Source: an uncultured bacterium
GTDB taxonomy: Bacteria > Omnitrophota > Omnitrophia > Omnitrophales > CAZLUT01
DNA: 64,000 nt
Reading direction: 5' to 3'
Assembly: GCA_964562805.1 (NCBI GenBank)
Contig: CAZLUT010000001.1
Location: 32,574 to 96,573, forward strand
In this document: positions 1 through 8,300 of the stretch, piece after piece
Position numbering within the stretch: the stretch's first letter is position 1
Layout of the letters: each line of letters starts with the position of its first letter
The notes under the pieces: generated by a model
The model's database searches: none
What the model saw: only the letters and a program-made list of their open reading frames with translations
What the model was told of the DNA's origin: nothing
Program-made: the position numbers and the translations under genes

Positions 1-312
1 TCAAGCATCCTTTCTTGCTCCCAAATGATATTAGCTAATGATTCTGATGTGCTGCATGCGGGCATTTCGAGCGGTGTCCCTACAATCGGTATCTTTGGCC
101 CTTCTGATTATAGGCTGTATGGCGCTTACGGAGATGAAGCGAATTTTAAAGCTTTTTACAGACCGATTAACTGTAGACCTTGCGTTAATCACTATTGCAG
201 CGATCCTGTTTGCCTCAAAACGATTACTCCCGAAATAATTCTAGAAGAGGCTTCTAGAATGATAGTGAAGATGGAAAGACAAGGGGTTCGGGGCGCGCAA
301 ACCCCCTCATAG
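1..312 (+). CDS. ADP-heptose:LPS heptosyltransferase (GT9 family), C-terminal fragment; the gene starts upstream of the window
   Basis: Frame-1 ORF is open from nt 1. Conserved GT9 C-terminal block NDSDVLHAGISSGVPTIGIFGPSD, followed by a Cys-rich tail CRPCVNHYCSDPVC as in WaaF/WaaC-type enzymes. Confidence 0.6.
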   Translation, partial: SSILSCSQMILANDSDVLHAGISSGVPTIGIFGPSDYRLYGAYGDEANFKAFYRPINCRPCVNHYCSDPVCLKTITPEIILEEASRMIVKMERQGVRGAQTPS

Positions 313-343
313 TTTAGGGAAAAATTGGACACGAGGTAACATC

Positions 344-1258
344 TTGGCATCTGCGATATCGATTAAAAACCTTACAAAATTTTACGGATCTTTTAAAGCG
401 GTCAATGATCTTTGTTTGGAAATTCCCGAGGGTGAATTTTTTGGTTTTTTGGGGCCGAATGGGGCCGGAAAAACCACTACAATCAACGCTATTACGGGTC
501 TCGGCAATTTTAACCAAGGTGATATCCGGGTGATGGGGCACGATGTTGTTCGTGATTATAAAAAAACTAGAAGCGCAATAGGTCTAGCACCCCAGGAAGT
601 TAATTTTGACCCCTTCTTAGATTGCAGACAAATCCTTTTCTATACGGGCGGCTATTACGGCTTGGGCAGACGGGCATCTAAAAAAAGAGCTGAAGAATTA
701 TTGCATAAGTTTAATCTTTTTGAGCATGGTCAGCTTGGATACAAAAAGCTATCCGGCGGGCTTAAACGCCGTCTTTTAATTGCCCGTTCCCTTGTCCACA
801 AACCACAGATTTTAATACTTGATGAACCGACGGCAGGAGTTGATTTGGAACTCCGTTATCAATTATGGGAAGAATTAAGACGGATGAATCGCGAAGGGGT
901 TACAATTATTTTAACGACTCACTATATCGAAGAAGCCGAAAAGCTTTGTCATAGGATCGGTATTATCCACGAGGGTAAATTAGTAGCTTGCGACACAACA
1001 AAAGATCTTATTGCTCAGATGGATCATGATATGCTTCTGATTCGCCCACGCGAGAGAATATTTTCATTACCTCAAAGCTTTGAGAAATTTCATTTATTAA
1101 TAAAAGAGGAAGGAACACTGCTTTTATTCAAAGAACACAAATCTCGTCTAAATGAAATTTTGAAAGTGCTTCACGAAGAAAATATCGAAGTCGAAAGCAT
1201 TGAAACCGAAAAAACAACCCTAGAAGATGTTTTTGCAAGCATTACGAGGCTGAAATGA
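344..1258 (+). CDS. ABC transporter ATP-binding protein (ABC-2 exporter type), TTG start
   Basis: Walker A GPNGAGKTT, ABC signature LSGGLKRRL, Walker B ILILDEP; stop overlaps the next gene (ATGA). Confidence 0.85.
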   Translation: MASAISIKNLTKFYGSFKAVNDLCLEIPEGEFFGFLGPNGAGKTTTINAITGLGNFNQGDIRVMGHDVVRDYKKTRSAIGLAPQEVNFDPFLDCRQILFYTGGYYGLGRRASKKRAEELLHKFNLFEHGQLGYKKLSGGLKRRLLIARSLVHKPQILILDEPTAGVDLELRYQLWEELRRMNREGVTIILTTHYIEEAEKLCHRIGIIHEGKLVACDTTKDLIAQMDHDMLLIRPRERIFSLPQSFEKFHLLIKEEGTLLLFKEHKSRLNEILKVLHEENIEVESIETEKTTLEDVFASITRLK

Positions 1259-2019
1259 TGCGCTGGCGGGGCTTGGGCGCCTTAATTGAGAGAGAGATCT
1301 ACCGGTTTGTTACTGTAATTAGCCAGACAGTTGTTCCGCCAATTATTTCGGCATTTCTTTTTATTTTTATTTTTGGATTTGCCTTGGGAAAAGCTATTCA
1401 AAGCATGGCTGGACTCCCTTATTTGGTATTTATTGTCCCAGGTTTAATAGCTCTTTATTTGATTGAGAGCACTTATACTAACGCTTCCTCATCGCTATTT
1501 CTTTCAAGGTGGTCTTTTTATATCCAAGAGCTTTTAGTGACACCCCTTTCTTATATTGACTTAGTAACTGCGATTATTGTTGGCTCTTTTGCCCGGGGGA
1601 TTTGTACGGCAGCCGGCGTTTATATTGTAGCTTTATTGTTTCAGCCAGTTCCTATTATTTATCCATGGCTTTTAATTTATTTCATGATCATGATCTGTAT
1701 CATTTTTTCTTCTGTGGGCATTTTGGTGGGACTTATTTCTGAGAAATGGGAACATCTTGCCGTTATTAATAATTTTGTTATTACACCGCTTACTTATTTT
1801 GGCGGCGTTTTTACTTCTTTAAAAATTTTACCCGGGTTTTTGGTTACACTCAGTTATTTTAATCCATTTTTTTATATGGTTGATGGAGTGAGATTTTCAA
1901 TGTTAGGAGTATCCGACTTTTCCATTTATGTAAGCTTTGTATTGGTCACGGTACTTGCAGCCCTTTTCTTTTCGGCAGCCGTTTATTTATTTAAGATTGG
2001 ATATAAGCTAAGGACATGA
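1255..2019 (+). CDS. ABC-2 family transporter permease
   Basis: About 6 hydrophobic TM segments; 4-nt overlap with the upstream ATPase gene (translational coupling). Confidence 0.75.
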   Translation: MMRWRGLGALIEREIYRFVTVISQTVVPPIISAFLFIFIFGFALGKAIQSMAGLPYLVFIVPGLIALYLIESTYTNASSSLFLSRWSFYIQELLVTPLSYIDLVTAIIVGSFARGICTAAGVYIVALLFQPVPIIYPWLLIYFMIMICIIFSSVGILVGLISEKWEHLAVINNFVITPLTYFGGVFTSLKILPGFLVTLSYFNPFFYMVDGVRFSMLGVSDFSIYVSFVLVTVLAALFFSAAVYLFKIGYKLRT

Positions 2020-2028
2020 TTAGTTTGT

Positions 2029-2062
2029 TGCTAACTACTAACCGCTGCCAGCTAGCCACGGC
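2029..2062. repeat. Intergenic repeat family copy A (degenerate; ctaaccgctgccagctagccac)
   Basis: Resembles the right half of copy E at 49340-49372 (gaccactagccgctatcagctaaccac). Confidence 0.35.
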
Positions 2063-2074
2063 GCGAGGCGGCAT

Positions 2075-3133
2075 ATGAAGCGTTCTATAAGAGATCTGAC
2101 ATTAAAGGAGCTGGAAGGAGAGATAGTAAAACGAGGTTTTCCGAAATATCGGGCTAAACAGCTGGTTGATTGGATTTATAAAAAGCAAGTTGTTGCGGTG
2201 AGTGAAATTAAAAACCTTCCTAAGGAATTGTTGCGGTCGCTGGAAAAAGATTTTGTTTTTTCTTCTTTGAAATTAATCAAGATTCATACAGGCGCGGATA
2301 ATTCAAAAAAGTTTTTATTCCAAACCGAAACCGGAGAGCATTTAGAATCCGTTTATATTTATCAAGGCAGCAAAAGGCACGCCCTTTGTGTTTCAACTCA
2401 AATTGGCTGTAAAATGAAGTGTAAGTTTTGTGCGAGCGGGAAGATGGGCTGGAAGAGAAATCTGAGCGCGGGTGAAATCCTGGACCAAATTGCTAATGTG
2501 ATGCATGAATTAAAAGTGCCGCTCGATAATCTTGTTTATATGGGCATGGGTGAGCCGCTTGATAATCTGAATGCTGTTTTAAAATCAATCCGGATTTTGC
2601 GAGCCGATTGGGGTTTTCAGATGGGTTGGCGGCGCATCACCATCTCAACCTCAGGACTTGTCCCTGCTATCAAAAAATTTGCTGCGTCCGCATCAGGTGA
2701 AGTGAAGCTTGCTATTTCTCTTCATGGTACTACCGATGAGGAACGAAAAAAGATTATGCCAATCTCGAAAGTTTATTCTCTTGAGTCATTGATTCAGTGC
2801 CTTAAAGACGTAAAAAATAAATTTAAACGACAATTTATGTTTGAATATATTCTAATTAAAGGCCTTAATGATTCGATGGAAGATGCTAAGAGGCTCAGAA
2901 CCATCGCAAGAAGAGTTGACGCAAAGGTTAATTTGATTCCTTACAATAAGATAGAAGGTGAAAAATTTGAAAGACCCTCGATAGAAAGAATGAAAGAAAT
3001 TCAAAAATTTCTAACCGAATCCGGCATTACCACGATGCTGCGGTATAGCGCGGGGAGTGATATTGGAGCTGCGTGTGGGCAATTGAGACTAATTGAAGAA
3101 AAACACAAAACACAGAACACAAAACACAAATAA
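2075..3133 (+). CDS. rlmN: 23S rRNA (adenine2503-C2)-methyltransferase RlmN (radical SAM)
   Basis: CxxxCxxC radical-SAM motif CKMKCKFCASG, GMGEPLDN and C-terminal Cys region AACGQL. The last about 10 codons (KHKTQNTKHK) are read from the ACACAAA inverted repeat. Confidence 0.85.
   Translation: MKRSIRDLTLKELEGEIVKRGFPKYRAKQLVDWIYKKQVVAVSEIKNLPKELLRSLEKDFVFSSLKLIKIHTGADNSKKFLFQTETGEHLESVYIYQGSKRHALCVSTQIGCKMKCKFCASGKMGWKRNLSAGEILDQIANVMHELKVPLDNLVYMGMGEPLDNLNAVLKSIRILRADWGFQMGWRRITISTSGLVPAIKKFAASASGEVKLAISLHGTTDEERKKIMPISKVYSLESLIQCLKDVKNKFKRQFMFEYILIKGLNDSMEDAKRLRTIARRVDAKVNLIPYNKIEGEKFERPSIERMKEIQKFLTESGITTMLRYSAGSDIGAACGQLRLIEEKHKTQNTKHK
3099..3130. repeat. Inverted repeat, left arm (ACACAAA-unit repeat)
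   Basis: Perfect 32-nt reverse-complement match to 3548-3579. Confidence 0.8.
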
Positions 3134-3152
3134 AACACAAAACACAAACGTT

Positions 3153-3494
3153 TCAAAGACTCGACTTATCGATAATTGCGGAAAATATTCTTCTCAATTC
3201 TTTAGATTCGATAATTAAATTATCAAAGCTTTCTTTGTAATTGCTATTTGAATTTGATAACAGTTCTAACCAATAACTAGTTTCCTTACATTCTTTTCTA
3301 GTTATTCTCATTCGATGAATGAAGTCTTTCTTACTAACCGCGTCATTTGCCTCTCGGTAGTTAGCTCCCACAGACCCAGAAGAGCGAGTTAACTGGCGAA
3401 TTAGCTCGCTATTAATAGTGCTTTTTGGTATTTGTTGACAAGTGTTTAAGGTTTCTTTTGCAAAATTTAAAGTACGTTCTTCTAAAGCTCTCAT
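3153..3494 (-). CDS. Four-helix-bundle protein (TIGR02436-type, formerly 23S rRNA intervening-sequence protein)
   Basis: Characteristic 4HB/IVS-protein sequence (SGSVGANYREA, RKECKETSYWLELL). Start placed at the internal ATG (3492-3494) instead of the ORF-track start at 3545, which would overlap the neighbouring gene. Confidence 0.65.
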   Translation of the reverse strand: MRALEERTLNFAKETLNTCQQIPKSTINSELIRQLTRSSGSVGANYREANDAVSKKDFIHRMRITRKECKETSYWLELLSNSNSNYKESFDNLIIESKELRRIFSAIIDKSSL

Positions 3495-3499
3495 TGTGT

Positions 3500-5155
3500 T
3501 TATTGAAATCTTGTATTTGTTTGTGCTTTGTGGTTTGGATCCCATTGTTTGTGTTTTGTGTTCTGTGTTTTGTGTTTTTTGAAAAAATCAGCAATCGTTT
3601 CTTGATTCTTAATATTCTCCCCAAACCACCCCCCTGTCATTCCGTCTATTTGAGAGGTGAGCTCTTCGATTCTAAGCCAAGATTCGAGAAGCTTTTTTTG
3701 TTCATGCGTTTTAACCAAAACATCTATCTGAAGGCGTCTTCTTTCATAATAAAGCCGAGTCACTTCAGAGACTAATTCATCTCTAAGCTCTACCATCAAT
3801 TTTTCACGCGAATCAATGCTGGTTTGAGAAGAGGAAAAAAGAAGGTCGCCCAAATCCCAGCTCAAATCAATATCCATATCATAATTCCAATCTTCAGGAC
3901 CAACAATATAAAGATCAGGATCTCTCGTGCCGCCGCGGTCAAGGTCAATGTTGTTACCCCGATTATTACCGACCGAATAGGAAACGGAGGGCAGAAGAGA
4001 CTTCAATCTAGAGAAGATTTGCCAGCTCTTAGTTTTTCCATTGGGTGTATTGGAATAACGAATGGCGGCTTCCTGAACCTCTCTCGCTTTTGGTTCGCTC
4101 GCAATCAGTTGATTTAACAATTTAATCAAATTTGATCCATAATGAAGCTCTTGCCTGATGGGTAAGGGATTTTCAGGTAGAGGAAGAGTGATTTTAACGA
4201 TTCCATCATCGGAACTTACCCAGAGCAGGCGTTTGAAATAAATTAAATCATGTATTTTGCCAAGGCTTTTCTCGGTTTTAAGCCTTTTCCATTCAGAATC
4301 GGCAAATCGATATACTCCCTTTTGTGTTCCGGCTATTAGGCCGGGGGGTGTGGTGAGAAGCTGAGTAATGCTGTCTGTTCGTAAACCTGAAGAGGGAAGC
4401 TTATAAAAGTGAAGTCCGCCGGTTTTACTCCCATAAACTCCGCGACTGGTTCCAACCCACACATTTTTTCCATCAGGACTCACTTCAAACGTCGAAAAAC
4501 TGCCTAAATTTTTTGACTCACTGAATTCTGTGCGATCATTTAACAATTCTGTTTCTTTTGGAATCGCACCGAGTAATTTTTCAAAACTAAGACCGCCATC
4601 TCTTGTTTTCCATAAGCTTCTATCAGTGAGAACAAAATAAATTTTTTTTGAAAGAGTCTTGATAGAAAACGGGATTTCTCCCGAAGGGAAGTGATCATTT
4701 TTTTTGAAAACCAATTGGTTTAAGTTTGCCGAAAACAATCCTTTTGTTGTCCCAAGGAAAATTATTTCCTCTTTAATTTTAAAAGTTTCAAGCCTGCCTT
4801 TTGCCGGAGTGGAATTAAAAATTTGCTTCCAGCGGACACCTAAATCTTCGCTGAGGTAGAGGTGCTTATTTGTTAAAAGAAGCAAATTATTGCCAATAAA
4901 TCCAATTCGCCTCATTTCTTGAGTAGCGGGAAGGCTAAAGACCTGCTTATGAAAATTAGTATTTTGTCGTGCAAGATATAGGTTTTTTGGGCTTAAAATT
5001 GCCAATTCCCCATCTTTGATTGGGAGAAGCTGAAGATAATAAGGCTCCTTTGTTCCCCAAGGGATGGTGGGAAGTAGAGCATTTTCTTGAGCAAAAGCGG
5101 GGAGCATTAAGAGAAAAAGAAAGATGATAAGAGGAAAAATGAAGTTTTTAAGCAT
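3500..5155 (-). CDS. Secreted BNR/Asp-box repeat (Ycf48-like beta-propeller) protein with a C-terminal coiled-coil region
   Basis: N-terminal signal peptide MLKNFIFPLIIFLFLLMLPAFAQE; several SxDxGxxW/F Asp-box repeats (SEDLGVRW, TRDGGLSF, SPDGKNVW, SKTGGLHF); C-terminal tail KHKTQNTKHK is read from the inverted repeat. Confidence 0.5.
   Translation of the reverse strand: MLKNFIFPLIIFLFLLMLPAFAQENALLPTIPWGTKEPYYLQLLPIKDGELAILSPKNLYLARQNTNFHKQVFSLPATQEMRRIGFIGNNLLLLTNKHLYLSEDLGVRWKQIFNSTPAKGRLETFKIKEEIIFLGTTKGLFSANLNQLVFKKNDHFPSGEIPFSIKTLSKKIYFVLTDRSLWKTRDGGLSFEKLLGAIPKETELLNDRTEFSESKNLGSFSTFEVSPDGKNVWVGTSRGVYGSKTGGLHFYKLPSSGLRTDSITQLLTTPPGLIAGTQKGVYRFADSEWKRLKTEKSLGKIHDLIYFKRLLWVSSDDGIVKITLPLPENPLPIRQELHYGSNLIKLLNQLIASEPKAREVQEAAIRYSNTPNGKTKSWQIFSRLKSLLPSVSYSVGNNRGNNIDLDRGGTRDPDLYIVGPEDWNYDMDIDLSWDLGDLLFSSSQTSIDSREKLMVELRDELVSEVTRLYYERRRLQIDVLVKTHEQKKLLESWLRIEELTSQIDGMTGGWFGENIKNQETIADFFKKHKTQNTKHKQWDPNHKAQTNTRFQ
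3548..3579. repeat. Inverted repeat, right arm
   Basis: Perfect 32-nt reverse-complement match to 3099-3130. Confidence 0.8.
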
Positions 5156-5169
5156 GAGAGAAGGTTATA

Positions 5170-5260
5170 ATAAATATGCATATAAATCAATAATTATTTA
5201 ATAATTATGCATATTAAAGTTAAAGTTAAAATTCTGGGTCAAAAATTTGATTTTAACTGT
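5170..5260. promoter_or_regulatory. AT-rich divergent promoter region with paired ATATGCATAT palindromes and an AGTTAAAAT/ATTTTAACT hairpin, upstream of the giant operon
   Basis: ATATGCATAT at 5174-5183 and TTATGCATAT at 5205-5214, about 31 nt apart, inside a larger imperfect palindrome. The region lies between the divergent starts at 5155 (-) and 5355/5361 (+). Confidence 0.3.
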
Positions 5261-5360
5261 TCCATCAGGTACTTTTTTACAGTTAAAACATATATATAGG
5301 AAATAGAATAATATATAAGGGAGGGAGATTCTTTTTTATAGGAAAAGAATTTTTTTGCTT

Positions 5361-8300
5361 ATGAGGTTTTTATCAAACAATAAAGCGAGCCGTGCGCTCA
5401 CTATCTATTTTCTTATTTTTTGTTTTCTAGCTACATCAAACGCTGTAGCCAACCCGGCTTTTATTCAAGAGGAAACAATTTCCCCCAAAAAACAAACAAC
5501 AAAGGAAGAATTTTTAAGTGAGCTTAAATTAGTTGAATCGGATTTAACACAAAGCAGAAAAAGAGGCGAAAAAGATATTTTAATTTCTGGATTGGTTGAA
5601 CGCTCGCGAAAAATTGTTGGTGCAAAGGCCGCTAGCCTTGGTGAGGTGACGCCTCCTGAAGAGATTCCGCTGCTACATCCCGCCAACCTAGAAGAAATAA
5701 AAGAGCGACTTGAAAAAGAGCTGGAAGGTTATTTGAAACCAACTTTTTCTATCGCGCCGGATATTCCAGAAACCATATGGCTAGGCCTGTACTCAGGACA
5801 TCTTAGAGCCGTTCTTAATGAATTGCTTAAGAATTCCCGGGAGGCAGGCGCCACGCAAGTAAATTTAAATTTTCAGATGATTGACGGCAAGCTTATCATC
5901 AAAGCCCAAGATAATGGCGAAGGAGTGTCTTATGAATCTTTAAAAAAAGCTTTGCTTAAGGCCGCCCAGGAAGAACGGGTTATTAGAAACGAAGATGGAA
6001 TTCTTGAAGTTCCTTTTCCCCGTATTGCGGATGCAAAGCAAATCTTAACCACGGAAGAAGTTTTGGAGTTTATTAAGGAAAATGAAAAGCTGCTTCCTTT
6101 TATCTCGGGCCTTTCCGTAAAAGGAAGTTTTCGTGGCATGGGCATCGCTGCGAGTTGGCAGATTATTAAGCGTCATGGCGGAACAATGGATTATACGACA
6201 GGTCCCGAAGGAACAACTTTTACCATCCAATCACCGGTTTCGGTTAAAGCCAAGAGCCTTGGGAGTGATTTTGTTATAGATTCAGGAAGATCGTATTCGT
6301 TTAAGGATGTTGAGATCGAACAAAGGCAATATCCGGTCTCTTCTCCCGCATCTGTTGTTTTTCCAACGGTCATATTAGAAATTAATAATAGAGCCTACGA
6401 AGTTGGTGGCGAGAATTTTCTAGTTATCACGCTTGCCAACGGAAAAAAGATTTATTGGGGTGGGCAGCACAACCTTTCTTATTCTTTCTTTTTTGAAAAT
6501 TTTAAAGAAAAGGCCGCTGAGCTTATTGAAGCCGGCGGTGTCCTTTGGTTTCATATTGATAATCATGTTGATCTTGGTTCGTACGAAGAGGCAAATAGAC
6601 GTAGTTTAGACACAGGTGTTTGGCAAAAAGAAATTGAGCATGGATATGCCCATCTTAGTTTTGCCAATTACATGGGTTATCTTTTACAGACTAAGGTGGT
6701 TTCTGATTTGCACCGAGCCAGTTCACTCGAAGAGATTGTTGAAGGAAAATGGGCCATCGATTCTCCTTCGGTTGTAGATTTTGATGTCGATGTAATTTTG
6801 GATAATACAGGGAAAACCCGCCTTGGTCTTTTGGAGAAGGCAAAGCTCTTATCAATTTTTAATCAAGCAGATGTTGTTTTTATGACCAATAGTTCGGAGC
6901 TGAGCGCATTTAATCTGGGTGTGCCTTTACATATTGATCCACATCTAGCCATTTCAACTAATGCGAAATTTATACAAGAACTTGCACTCCAATCTAGCTT
7001 GGTGGCAGGTAAGAGTTTGGGAAAAGAGGAAAAGAAAGAAATTTCTTTTAGTGAGATTAATTGGAATCCATTTCGAAAATATGGTGATTGGGCTGGTTTC
7101 TTCCGGGGGCGAACTATTAATCAAGAGCTAGATGATATACAAGAAAAAGCCATGGCGCACCTCACGATGATGTATGAAACGGCTCTCAAAGAAGCAAAGT
7201 CTTTCGAGATGGAGGAGTTGCTTGAAGTGGCAAAAGATTCTGCTCGAGCAAAGATTGAAGGAATGATAGCTGTCCGGCGAGAGGGGGCCCTGGAAAATCG
7301 GCTGATGGACTTTGTCTTAAGACTTAATGGTTCGGGTGTTACTTTACAAACAAGAGAATTAGTTAAAAATTATCTCAAAGATTTTTGGGATAAGGCATCA
7401 GGGGTTTTGAGTGGCCGCGAGGTTTTTGAGCTAGAGGCTCAAAATGCGATTAGGAAAGCGTCTCGTCTCAAAGTGTTTCGTCCTATCCGAACTATATTGG
7501 TTGCTGAAGATGAGGAAGTTTATTTAAAAGATTACAAGAAGGTATTTGAGCGGCTTGGGAGAGACGATATCGATGTGCTTTATTTTCCAACCAGAAAAAA
7601 AGCAATAACTCATTTAAAAACTTTTGGCAAAGAGGTGGATCTTATCTTCGCAGACCGCTCGATGGTAGATGAAGAGGAATATAAGGAAAGATTGGTAGCT
7701 GGTCTTCCTGCTGATGTGGATGATGGCGGGCTTCTTATTGAAGAAGTTAGGAATAAATTAAACCTAAAAACCCCTGTAGTTTTTGTGAGCGGGTCAAGAT
7801 ATGGCCAAAACGAACTAGATCAATTTGGAAATGCAACTCAATTTTCTAAAGCATATCTGAATCCAGAACATTTGGGACGACTCGTTCAGGAATTGATTAA
7901 AATTCTGCCCGAAATTCCTGAGCCTCCTGATGTCGAAGGACTTATGTCCGCTGATAAGATCAAAACGCATAATGATTATTTGCTAGACCTTTTATCTTTT
8001 CTTGGCTCCTTGGACCGCTCTGAAATAACTACAAAAATTAATGAAAATTTGTCACCAGCATCATGGCAGGCATGGGTAGCGCATGATTTTAAAACCCCAA
8101 TTGGCGTAATTCTGCAGAATGTGCAATTAATTGAAGATTACAAGAAAAGCGATGAAGCTGTACCAATTAAAAATATTAAAAGAATCATAGAAAATTATCA
8201 GAAAATAAAGGATGCGCTGACTGTTATAGACCGGGCGGGTGAACCTATTCGCCCTGAATATTTTGATCGGCTAACTCATACTGGTAGCAAGAAAGATCCT

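Larger units (their letters stand above)
3099..3579. mobile_element. IVS-like cassette: four-helix-bundle gene bracketed by 32-nt perfect inverted repeats
   Basis: aaaaacacaaaacacagaacacaaaacacaaa at 3099-3130 is exactly reverse-complementary to 3548-3579; the arms extend imperfectly to about 50 nt; interior is 417 nt. Confidence 0.45.

Noticed and set aside
3412-3775. ORFs 3412-3624 (-) and 3425-3775 (+) over the inverted-repeat region
   Set aside because: Their products are low-complexity C/F/V/L or K/H/T/N strings produced by translating the ACACAAA/TTGTGTT repeats. They overlap better-supported genes.
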